From assembly GCA_963734495.1 (NCBI GenBank), contig CAVTHK010000005.1, positions 32,001-96,000 on the forward strand: a stretch of DNA of 64,000 nucleotides. Reading direction: 5' to 3'. This document shows positions 50,654-59,372 of this stretch, in pieces. Position 1 is the stretch's first letter; each line of letters opens with the position of its first letter. Source of the DNA: an uncultured Spirochaetota bacterium. GTDB taxonomy: Bacteria > Spirochaetota > Spirochaetia > SZUA-6 > CAVTHK01. The translations under genes and the position numbers were made by a program. The notes under the pieces are model-generated. The model saw only the letters and a list, made by a program, of their open reading frames with translations. It was not told the origin of the DNA and made no database searches.

Positions 50654-52331
50654 CGGGACGCGGGGGCGGAACTTCGCCGTCTCATGCCTCCTCTTCGTCC
50701 TTGCAGCGGCAACGCCGTCCTTGCGGGCGCAGGCGGCGCCGGGGACGATTTTCGAGCTCGCCGGCTCAGGCTCGCCGGAAGCGGTAGCCGACACCATCCA
50801 CCCGGGGACGAACCTCGGACAGCACGACGCACAGGGGGTGACGCCGCTGCACTACGCCGCGCGATCGAGCCCCTACCCCGAGGTGCTGGCCGAGCTGCTC
50901 GCCGCAGGCGCGTCCGTTGCAGCGAGCGATGACAGCGGCAGGACTCCCCTGTATTACGCCGCCCGATTCAACCCGAAGCCTCAGATCGTGAGCAGCCTCC
51001 TCGCGGCCGGCGCGAAGGTGGATCGGCCCGACGCGGCCGGGGTCACTCCTCTGATGGCCGCGGCTTCGAGCGGCCCTCCTGGGGTTATCGACGTGATCCT
51101 CCGCGCCGGGGCGGACGTCAACATCGCGGACGTCGACGGCAGGACCCCTCTGATGTACGCCGCGGGGAACCCGTACGAGGGGGCGGTGTCGCGGCTGATT
51201 GCCGCCGGCGCCAGAACTGCAGCCACCGACAGGACCGGAATGACCCCTGTGCTCTACGCCGCCGCCGAGAACGACAATCCTGAGGTGATCTCGCAGCTGC
51301 TGCGGACCGGCGCGCGCGTCGCAGAGCGCAACAGGACCGGCATGACGGCGCTCATGCTCGCCTCGGGCTGGAACGACAACCCGGCGGTGGCGCGGGCCCT
51401 GCTGGCCGCAGGCTCCGACGTCAACGCGCGAAACGCAAACGGTATGACTCCTCTTGTCATAGCCGCCGCCTACAATCAGGACCCTGCGGCGACCAGGCTT
51501 CTCCTGGAGGCCGGAGCAAGGCTCGAAGCGCGCTCGGATCGCGGGTGGACGGCCCTGATGTTCGCCGTCGATGGGAACAGCAATCCGAACGTCATATCGG
51601 CGCTGCTGGACGCAGGTGCGGATCTGGAAGCGCGGGACAATGACGGAAGGACGCCGCTCATGTGGGCGGCGGCGGAGACCATGAATCCCGAGATTCTCAA
51701 GATGCTTCTGGCAAGGCATCCTCGGGTCGATGAGCGGGACAATCAGGGGCTGACGGCTCTCATGCTGGCGGTCCTGCTCAATCCAGACCCGCAGATCACC
51801 CGGATCCTGATCAGCTCTGGAGCGAACGTGGAGAGTGCGGACGAGACGGGTGCGACGGCTCTCATGCTCGCCACCACGCGTCGCGGGCCGATCTGCGCGC
51901 CGACGCTGACGCAGTCGAGTTGGGTAAGGTCGCCCCTGTCGGCGCTCCTGCCCCCCGGGGCGAGCAATCCCGGCTCGCTCTACCTCAGCCTGGAAAACCT
52001 GAAGGGCTTGCTCGCGGCGGGCGCGCGGCCGGACGAGAGGGACCACCGCGGAAGAACGGCGCTCATGTACGCTGCCGGCTGGAGCTCCGTTCCCGCAGTC
52101 ATCGAGACGCTGGTCGCAGCAGGGGCCGGGGTCAACGACCGGGACGAAAACGGAATGACGGCCCTCATGTGGGCGGCCAAGCAAGCGAGGAATGCGGACA
52201 TCCTTCGCGCCCTGCTTGCCGCGGGCGCGGATGCTGGGCTCAAAGACGATGCAGGAGACAAAGCCTACGACCTTGCGCGTAAGAGCGACAGTGTGGCCGC
52301 AGAGAGGCTCCTCAGCGGAGTTTTGGAGTAA
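50631..52331 (+). CDS. Exported ankyrin-repeat protein (about 13 repeats)
   Basis: Repeated G.T(P/A)L..A...LL.AGA units; signal-like N-terminus; start uncertain. Confidence 0.9.
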   Translation: MLSSFPIDGTRGRNFAVSCLLFVLAAATPSLRAQAAPGTIFELAGSGSPEAVADTIHPGTNLGQHDAQGVTPLHYAARSSPYPEVLAELLAAGASVAASDDSGRTPLYYAARFNPKPQIVSSLLAAGAKVDRPDAAGVTPLMAAASSGPPGVIDVILRAGADVNIADVDGRTPLMYAAGNPYEGAVSRLIAAGARTAATDRTGMTPVLYAAAENDNPEVISQLLRTGARVAERNRTGMTALMLASGWNDNPAVARALLAAGSDVNARNANGMTPLVIAAAYNQDPAATRLLLEAGARLEARSDRGWTALMFAVDGNSNPNVISALLDAGADLEARDNDGRTPLMWAAAETMNPEILKMLLARHPRVDERDNQGLTALMLAVLLNPDPQITRILISSGANVESADETGATALMLATTRRGPICAPTLTQSSWVRSPLSALLPPGASNPGSLYLSLENLKGLLAAGARPDERDHRGRTALMYAAGWSSVPAVIETLVAAGAGVNDRDENGMTALMWAAKQARNADILRALLAAGADAGLKDDAGDKAYDLARKSDSVAAERLLSGVLE

Positions 52332-52335
52332 GAGA

Positions 52336-52995
52336 GTGAGCTCGGATTCCGTCCGCCGGAGATTCTACCGTGTCCATGCCATAGTCGTTCTCACCCTCGC
52401 GACTCAGGTTGCGCTGCCGCGCCAGGCCTCCGCGCACCCTGTCATCCTCATTACCTATCGAATGCAGTTCCGGTTCGACGAGCACGAGCTCCAGGGCTTC
52501 TATGAGACGTGGCGCTTCGACCAGGTCCACTCCGCGCAGATCCTGCAGATGTTCGATGCGAATCACAACGGACGGATCGACCCTCAGGAGCTGTCGGCCC
52601 TGCGCCAGGGCTATTTCGACGACCTCAAAGACTATAGTTACTTCACCAGCATGGTGCTCAACGCCAAGGAGGTGGCCACCGCGGAGGTCACCGAGTTTTC
52701 GGCGGCGTTCGAGAATCAACGGATGATCTATCGCTTCTTCGTGGCCCTGAAGGCGCCGGTCACGTCGAGCGAGCAGGAAATCGACGTGACGGTCTGGGAC
52801 CCCACCTACTACACCGATCTCAGCCCCGAGGGAGAGGACGCTCTGACCATGCTCAGGCCCGACTCGATCGCCGCCACGATCTCAACTGCCAACGATCAGC
52901 GCCACTTCTACAATCTCGCCCCCGGCGTCTCCCTGGTCAAGAAGCCTCCCTTCTATCTCAAGATGATTGTCGTGCGGTTCAGGCAGAACGACTGA
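52336..52995 (+). CDS. DUF1007-like exported protein with EF-hand-like loop
   Basis: ASAHP, WRFD, DANHNGRIDPQEL and WDPTYY. Confidence 0.78.
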   Translation: MSSDSVRRRFYRVHAIVVLTLATQVALPRQASAHPVILITYRMQFRFDEHELQGFYETWRFDQVHSAQILQMFDANHNGRIDPQELSALRQGYFDDLKDYSYFTSMVLNAKEVATAEVTEFSAAFENQRMIYRFFVALKAPVTSSEQEIDVTVWDPTYYTDLSPEGEDALTMLRPDSIAATISTANDQRHFYNLAPGVSLVKKPPFYLKMIVVRFRQND

Positions 52996-53032
52996 GGGAC
53001 CGAACAGGCACGGAGGGGGCGGAAGAGTCCTT

Positions 53033-53980
53033 TCATCGCAGAGCCCCCTCGGAGCCCGGCGCAGGAACCTCTCCTGCTTCGATCCCGAACCGGGAGCGCA
53101 AGAACGCATCCAGTTGCCTCGCCACCACGAGCAATCGATCCGCGTGCGCGGCAACCTCGGCCTCGGAACCGAGCCTTTCGGCCGCCCGCACAAAGTAGGA
53201 TCGAAGAACACGCAACGGCTGCTGCATGAGGTAGGCCTGGAACTCGTTGACCGCCAAGTACCGGTCGGAGCTGTCGTAGGAGAGCGAATCGAGAAAGGAG
53301 ACAAAGAAGGCTCGGTCGTCCGGGGCGAGCCCGTCCCAGAGATGGAAACAGTAGGTGCGATACCACGCGGAGGAAAAGAATACACCGTGAAAAGACTCGT
53401 GCCCCAGGAGCAGCCTTCGCTGGATCACGTCTGAAGCGCGCGATATCGAGAGGACTCCGCCCTCGACGGGAGAGAGACGACCGCCACTCTCCGCGAGGAC
53501 GCCCTCGCGCAGCGCAATTGCCAGCAGGTCCCACTCCTCTGGGTTGAGTGGGAAGCTGCTTGCGCGGGCGGCGTTGAAGAACGCAGCGAGCGCCTGCGCG
53601 CCGTAATCGTGGGCGTTCCAGGCGTGCCTTCCTTCGAGGTCCGCGTTCGTGAGGAGCCTCCCGCGGAATCCCTTCTTCTCGACGAAAAAGGCGAGCCGCG
53701 CGAACATGCGGTCCTGAAAGGTGTAGGAGATCGTGTCGAAGATCAGCACCGAGGGAAAACGGTTCCACCGATACAACTCGTAGGGCGGTTTGCGCCATTC
53801 CGAGGGCGAGTTCGCGAGCACCTGCGGCAACGAAGCAAGCGCCGGTGCCAGCACGTCTGCGCTTCGGCCAGAGTCCCCCGCGGGCGTTGGGCTCTCGCGC
53901 GCCTGAACCACAGAGAGCCCTCCCATCAGCAATATCAGCGCCAGTGGTCCGCTCACCTTCACTCTTTGCCGTCCCAGCAT
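53033..53980 (-). CDS. Hypothetical exported protein with HExxH motif
   Basis: RLAFFVEKKG, NAHDY, HESFH and NEFQAY; signal-like N-terminus. Confidence 0.7.
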   Translation of the reverse strand: MLGRQRVKVSGPLALILLMGGLSVVQARESPTPAGDSGRSADVLAPALASLPQVLANSPSEWRKPPYELYRWNRFPSVLIFDTISYTFQDRMFARLAFFVEKKGFRGRLLTNADLEGRHAWNAHDYGAQALAAFFNAARASSFPLNPEEWDLLAIALREGVLAESGGRLSPVEGGVLSISRASDVIQRRLLLGHESFHGVFFSSAWYRTYCFHLWDGLAPDDRAFFVSFLDSLSYDSSDRYLAVNEFQAYLMQQPLRVLRSYFVRAAERLGSEAEVAAHADRLLVVARQLDAFLRSRFGIEAGEVPAPGSEGALR

Positions 53981-54088
53981 CAGCGATAAGTTACCGATGG
54001 CTTGCGCTCATGGAAAGGGCAGCTCCTCGCGGCCGATGTACTTGGGCAAGGCCAGAGCAACGGACCGCCTTGCATTCAACCTCGCTGT

Positions 54089-54865
54089 CTAGCCCGAGCG
54101 GTGTCGCGCTCGTGAGGACAAGACCAGATACAGCACGAACGCCGCCGCGACGAGAATGGTCACCGTAGCGACGACCTGGAGTGTCCGGAACACGAACCTG
54201 TGACTGACCGGGTCGAGCGCGAAGCACACCTGGAGGAGACGCGCGACGCTCACGCCGATGACTCCCTGGCGGGCCTCCAAGAAGGCCAGCTTGAGCTCTG
54301 CAGGGAGGAACGAAGCCCCATACATGTATCGGACAACCTCGCCCGACGGGGAGAGGATCACGATAGCGACCGGGTGATCGAAGTAGTCGCCGTTGCGCTG
54401 AAAGCTGAAGCCCACCGCATCCGCTACGGAGCGGATGTCAGCCTCGTCTCCGACCAGAAACCGCCATGCCGCCGGCGGGAAAGGCGCCTCGATCGTCTCC
54501 AGGGCGATGTGCTTCGCCTTTGCCGCATCAGCGGGGGTCTCCACGTCGTTGATACTGATGGACACGACATTGTAGAGGGTGCCCGCGTCTGCAGCCAACG
54601 CGGTCAATGCGCCCGCCACGTTCGTCAGGAGGTAGTCGCAGATGTTTGGACAGTGATAGTAAACCAGCGTAAGAAGCGTCGGCCTGCCCAACAGCGACCC
54701 AAGAGAGAGCCGCGCGCCGTCGCTATCGGTGAAGACCGCTTCGGGCGGGACTTCGTTGCCAAGCCTCTGGTCGATGCCAATGGAGCGCTGCGCCGCGTCG
54801 CCGTCCGCATCCATGCGCGCGAAAGGCAAGAGGATCAGCGCAAAGGCTACAAGCGTGTGGCGCAC
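54089..54865 (-). CDS. SCO family protein with C-terminal membrane anchor
   Basis: GIDQRLG, YYHCPNIC, WRFL and FDHP; C-terminal TM. Confidence 0.88.
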   Translation of the reverse strand: MRHTLVAFALILLPFARMDADGDAAQRSIGIDQRLGNEVPPEAVFTDSDGARLSLGSLLGRPTLLTLVYYHCPNICDYLLTNVAGALTALAADAGTLYNVVSISINDVETPADAAKAKHIALETIEAPFPPAAWRFLVGDEADIRSVADAVGFSFQRNGDYFDHPVAIVILSPSGEVVRYMYGASFLPAELKLAFLEARQGVIGVSVARLLQVCFALDPVSHRFVFRTLQVVATVTILVAAAFVLYLVLSSRARHRSG

Positions 54866-54888
54866 AGCACTCTCGACGCCGGGTCGGC

Positions 54889-55395
54889 CTATCGTCCGTC
54901 CAAAAGCACCCGGACGTTGTACACAATATGATCAGGCAGCACGTCGGCGTCCATGGCCGCGCGAAGCTTCCTTGATCGATCGATAAACCAGTACGGGGCG
55001 CGGTGTGACACCTCATACCCGCCGCCGAAACGGTCGATCAATCGACCTGTTGTATTGAGGTCATCGTTGCTCAATCCCGGTTTCCGGTACTCTTCGCGGC
55101 CCTGGGATTGGCCCGCCTCCGAGCCACCGAAATCGTGGTCCTCCGCGCCCACTGACACGCCGATGCCGTAGTCGGTCCAGTCCTGCTTGACGGCCTTGAC
55201 CGGTCCTGTCAGGAAGTGACAGCTGTCGAACACCCCTGCCTCACGGATGTAATCGGCGACGACTTTCTGCGTGTCACGTTCAGGATCCGTCGTCACAGCC
55301 ACAAACACCACGTCCTTGATGTCGGAACCAAGCAGGGGGATGGCCGCCTTGAGGGCCCCGCCTGCTCTCGTTAGCGACGCTCGCGGCCAGGCCAT
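54889..55395 (-). pseudogene. 5'-truncated SCO paralog
   Basis: VAVTTDPERDT, HFLTG and GGGYEVSH present; signal peptide and CxxxC missing; cut next to the IS91-like repeat. Confidence 0.78.
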
Positions 55396-55403
55396 CTATT
55401 GAA

Positions 55404-55489
55404 TGGTCTTCATCCCGCGGCAGGTGGTTGCGGCGCGTCGGCAGCGATCGGATGGAGGGGGCCGGCGGAACGCGAGCTGCAAGGGGCTG
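55404..55489 (-). repeat. 86-bp inverted repeat, right copy (IS91-like transposase 3' end remnant)
   Basis: Exact reverse complement of 40559-40644; encodes QPLAARVPPAPS...RDEDH. Confidence 0.92.
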
Positions 55490-55841
55490 GTGGAAGGATC
55501 CCCCCCGAGCAAACGAGTCGTCCAAGCGACACAGGTCGGCGCGGTACGGGCGAGGAAGCGGAGATTCCGATAGGCCCGTTGATAGCACGCTGTCGGCGTG
55601 CAGCGAACACGGTGCGCTCAACATCTGGGAGGTCTTCTCAAGCGTGAGGCCCATGCTGCTTGAAGAAGATGGCAACCAAACCGGACCGATCTCTCAGAGC
55701 CGACCCGCAGCAAGATTCTGGCGCGGAGCGGGCAATCCTTCTATTATGAGGCCGGCGATGACGCCGAGGTTCGCGCTCGGCCCATTCGGTGGGTGCGAGC
55801 ACGAGGTTCGGCGAGAGGGCGCAGGTGAGGAACACGACCGA

Positions 55842-56933
55842 ATGGGACAAGTCGTAATAGAGAACCCGATCATCAACTCTCCTTTCGACGAGCCGACGCG
55901 GCACTTCAAGTTCTCGGATGACGGCATCACCAACGAGATAATCGACGGTCGGCGACGCAGCTCGTACTTCGTGCCTATCGCCAAGGCGAGAAAACAGGGT
56001 TCTAGGCAGCTCTACTTTGACACCGAGTGGACCCGGGACCGCATCGAAGAAAACAGATTAGTGAACGCGATCCGTCAGCGTGTTGCCTTGTGGCGTAAAG
56101 GCGGCTACGTCGGCGTAACGCCGACGACCGCACGTCTGATCAGCTACTGGACCGACGCCAACCGCGAGAAGAAGCTCTTCTTCTGTCAAATGGAAGCCCT
56201 CGAAACGGCGATCTACATCACCGAGGTTGCGAAGAAGTACGGGGACGCTTGGATAGAGAACGAGATACGTGAGGCGAACAACGCATCCAGTCCTGGCCTA
56301 CCGTGCACTGCGTTCAAGATGGCCACCGGCTCGGGCAAGACCGTCGTGATGGCCATGCTTATAGCATGGCACGCGCTCAACAAGCGCGCCAACTTGCAGG
56401 ATGCCCGCTTCTCGGACACATTCCTGATTGTCACGCCCGGTATCACCATCCGCGACCGTCTGCGTGTGCTGCTACCCAACGATCCGGAGAACTATTACCG
56501 CCAGCGCGACGTCGTTCCGCCGCAATTGCAGGAACAGCTCGTGCAGGCCAAGATCATCATCACCAACTATCACGCCTTCCAGCTGCGGGAGAAGGTCGCC
56601 GCAGGCAAGATCACGAAGTCGATCCTTGCTGATGGGAAGACGAGCCTGTTCACCGAAACTCCCGACCAAATGGTCCGCCGGGTCTGTCGCGAGTTAAGCA
56701 CCAGGAAGAGCATCATCGTTCTAAACGACGAAGCCCACCATTGCTACCGGCGCAAACCCGACGGCCAGGACGAAACACTTACTGGCGATGATCGGATAGA
56801 GGCCCGCTGTCCTTCAGGCACTTCCCGTACTCGCCCCAATCAGTCTTCCATTCATGTGTTGACCGTTCCCTCCATTTGGCGAGCATCGCCCTGCGTCCCG
56901 ATGCCACGCGATCATTTTCACTATCACCTGTAG
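55842..56933 (+). pseudogene. Truncated type III restriction (Res) helicase subunit
   Basis: IENPIINSPF, FFCQ.EA.E, KMATGSGKT and NDEAHH; family-like sequence appears to stop near 56805; no mod gene. Confidence 0.82.
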
Positions 56934-57120
56934 CGCCCCGCGAGATCGACGACCCCGGGTTGCCCCTGGCGGAGTTGCCGGCAGCGCTTGCGTTCTGGAC
57001 GCGCCACGTCATAGTTCTCGCATCGGGGGAGCGGGAGCCATGAAAGCGAAGACAAGAGATAGATCAGCAGCGGCTAGTACTGCGACGCAAGACTATCAGC
57101 CGATCATCTTCACTATCACC
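56909..57120 (+). repeat. Pair of 20-bp direct repeats CGATCATYTTCACTATCACC
   Basis: 56909-56928 and 57101-57120, 19/20 identical. Confidence 0.8.
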
Positions 57121-57297
57121 AGGCAAACGCGTCGCAGGGTGACCGTGCCGCTTAGGACGGTCGCGGAGGCTGGGGGGGCGAACGGACACTGTCCGCGGTC
57201 TCGCGCTCGTGGTAGGATGTTGCGGGCATCCGAGTCATGGGCAACTGTTGAACCTGGCAAGGGTCGTCGAGAATGGGGCAGTCGAGGAGGAAGAACC

Positions 57298-58278
57298 ATG
57301 CAGACGGGAAGCCGGCGCAAGGGCCATTTCGGCTTGCGAGCGCTAGTGGCAGTCGTGGTGTTGGGCCTGGCCGCGACGGCGACCATGGCGCAGAAGCTGG
57401 TTCTGTACACGGCCAGCAACGACGAAATCGAGAAGGTGGTGATGGAGGCCTTCAAGAAGGTTCACCCGGAGATCACGGTCGAGGCGATCAACCTGTCCAC
57501 CGGGCCGGTGGTGCAGCGGGCCATCGCTGAGAAGGCCAATCCGCAGGCCGACGTGGTCTGGATGATCAACGATGTGGCCATGAATCAGCTCAAGGCTGCC
57601 GGGGTGTTCGAGCCCTACGAGCCCAAAGGAGCCAAGGTACCGGAGGAATTCCGCGATCCGGACGGCTTCTGGACGGCCCACAACGCGACCATCATGGCTC
57701 TCGCGGTCAACACCAGGCTGCTGCAAGAGAAAAAGCTTCCCATGCCCGCCACGTGGGAGGATCTTACCAAGCCCGTGTACAAGGGTATGGTCAGCATGCC
57801 GGCCGCGACCAAATCAGGGACCGGGCTCACTATCGCCATGACGCTCTACGACGCCTACGGGTGGGACTTCCTCGATCGGCTCCACGCCAACATCTTCCAA
57901 TACCAGTCCAGCGGCAGTGCCCCGGCCCGCCAGGCGGCCGCGGGCGAGGTCGCGATCGGGCTCACCTATGATACCGCGATCATCCAGCAAATCCGCGCCG
58001 GCCAGCCGATCGAAATGGTCTACGGCGGGATGTCGCCCAACGTGATGGAAGGAGCCGGGCTGGTCGCCAAGGGGCCTCACCCGACGCAGGGGAAGCTGTT
58101 CCTTGACTTCCTGTTCGGGCCCGAGGCCGGCAAGGCCTTCGCGCCGTTCGTCGGCATCGGTGCCGCGCCGGGGGTCACCAACGTGGACTTGGCGAAGGTG
58201 AAGATGTGGAAGATGAAGAAGCCCATCGACGCCGAGGCCTTCAAGCGGGACTGGGCCGCCAGGTACGAGAGCAAGTAG
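57298..58278 (+). CDS. ABC transporter substrate-binding protein (Fe3+/phosphonate/polyamine class)
   Basis: LVLYTA, AEKANPQADV, P.TWEDL.KP.YKG and KSGTG; GAGGAGG RBS. Confidence 0.88.
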   Translation: MQTGSRRKGHFGLRALVAVVVLGLAATATMAQKLVLYTASNDEIEKVVMEAFKKVHPEITVEAINLSTGPVVQRAIAEKANPQADVVWMINDVAMNQLKAAGVFEPYEPKGAKVPEEFRDPDGFWTAHNATIMALAVNTRLLQEKKLPMPATWEDLTKPVYKGMVSMPAATKSGTGLTIAMTLYDAYGWDFLDRLHANIFQYQSSGSAPARQAAAGEVAIGLTYDTAIIQQIRAGQPIEMVYGGMSPNVMEGAGLVAKGPHPTQGKLFLDFLFGPEAGKAFAPFVGIGAAPGVTNVDLAKVKMWKMKKPIDAEAFKRDWAARYESK

Positions 58279-58298
58279 GCGCGGGCCACCGCGAAGGC

Positions 58299-59366
58299 AT
58301 GACCGACATCGCCTTTTCGAACATCACGAAGAGTTTCGGCGCGGTGAAGGCGCTGGACGGAGTGTCGCTGGACATCGTCTCGGGGGAGTTCGTCTGCCTC
58401 CTGGGGGCCAGCGGCTGTGGCAAGACGACGCTGCTCCGCGTCCTGGCCGGCTTTACCCGGCCCGATTCGGGCGAGGTGCGGGTCGACGGCAAGCGGGTGG
58501 ATCACCTGCCGCCGCACAAGCGCGAGGTGGGGTTCGTCTTCCAGTCCTACGCCCTATTCCCGACGAAGACCGTCGGGGATAACATCGGCTTCGGCCTGGC
58601 TGTGCGCCACCGGCCACGGGCGGAGATCGCCCGCCGAGTGGCCGAATTGTGCGTGCTTACGCGGCTGGAAGGACTCGAAGGGCGCTATCCACACGAGCTG
58701 TCGGGTGGCCAGCAGCAGCGGGTGGCCCTGGCTCGGGCCCTGGCCACGGAGCCGTCCATACTGCTCCTGGACGAGCCGCTCTCGGCGCTCGACGCGAAGA
58801 TCCGCGCCCACCTCAGGGGGGAGATCCGTGCCATCGTGGACCGGCTAAAGGTCACCACGGTCTACGTCACGCACGATCAGGAGGAGGCGCTCTCCATCGC
58901 CGATCGCGTCGCGGTGATGGAGGCTGGCCGGCTTCTGCAGGTGGGCCCGCCGATGAGCATCTACCTGCATCCGCGCCAGCGCTTCGTAGCCGACTTCGTC
59001 GGGGCCAGCAATATGCTCCCCGGACGCCTGCTCAAGGGCAGCAGTGTCGAAGTGGACGGGCTGCGTCTGGAGGTGCCGGTTCCCGAGCCGCTGCGCGACG
59101 CAACGAACGTCACGGTGTGCATCCGGCCCGAGCATCTGGTGCTGCGACGCCCCGAACCGGGGGCCTCGGGCGGGGCATGCACCGTGGACGCCATCACTTT
59201 CGCCGGCCCCATGGTGCGGGCCCGCCTCGTCACCGCCGGGGGGCAATCGCTGATCGCCGATGTGCCGACGCACGAGTGGCTGACACTGGGCATCCGCCAG
59301 AACGACTCCGCCGTCTGGAGCGTGCGCAAAGATACGCCGATCCTGCTCCCCGCCGGGGACTGTTGA
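58299..59366 (+). CDS. ABC transporter ATP-binding protein (PotA/FbpC class)
   Basis: GASGCGKT, FQSYALFP, LSGGQQQR and VTHDQEEA; TOBE-like tail. Confidence 0.92.
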   Translation: MTDIAFSNITKSFGAVKALDGVSLDIVSGEFVCLLGASGCGKTTLLRVLAGFTRPDSGEVRVDGKRVDHLPPHKREVGFVFQSYALFPTKTVGDNIGFGLAVRHRPRAEIARRVAELCVLTRLEGLEGRYPHELSGGQQQRVALARALATEPSILLLDEPLSALDAKIRAHLRGEIRAIVDRLKVTTVYVTHDQEEALSIADRVAVMEAGRLLQVGPPMSIYLHPRQRFVADFVGASNMLPGRLLKGSSVEVDGLRLEVPVPEPLRDATNVTVCIRPEHLVLRRPEPGASGGACTVDAITFAGPMVRARLVTAGGQSLIADVPTHEWLTLGIRQNDSAVWSVRKDTPILLPAGDC

Positions 59367-59372
59367 ATCGGC

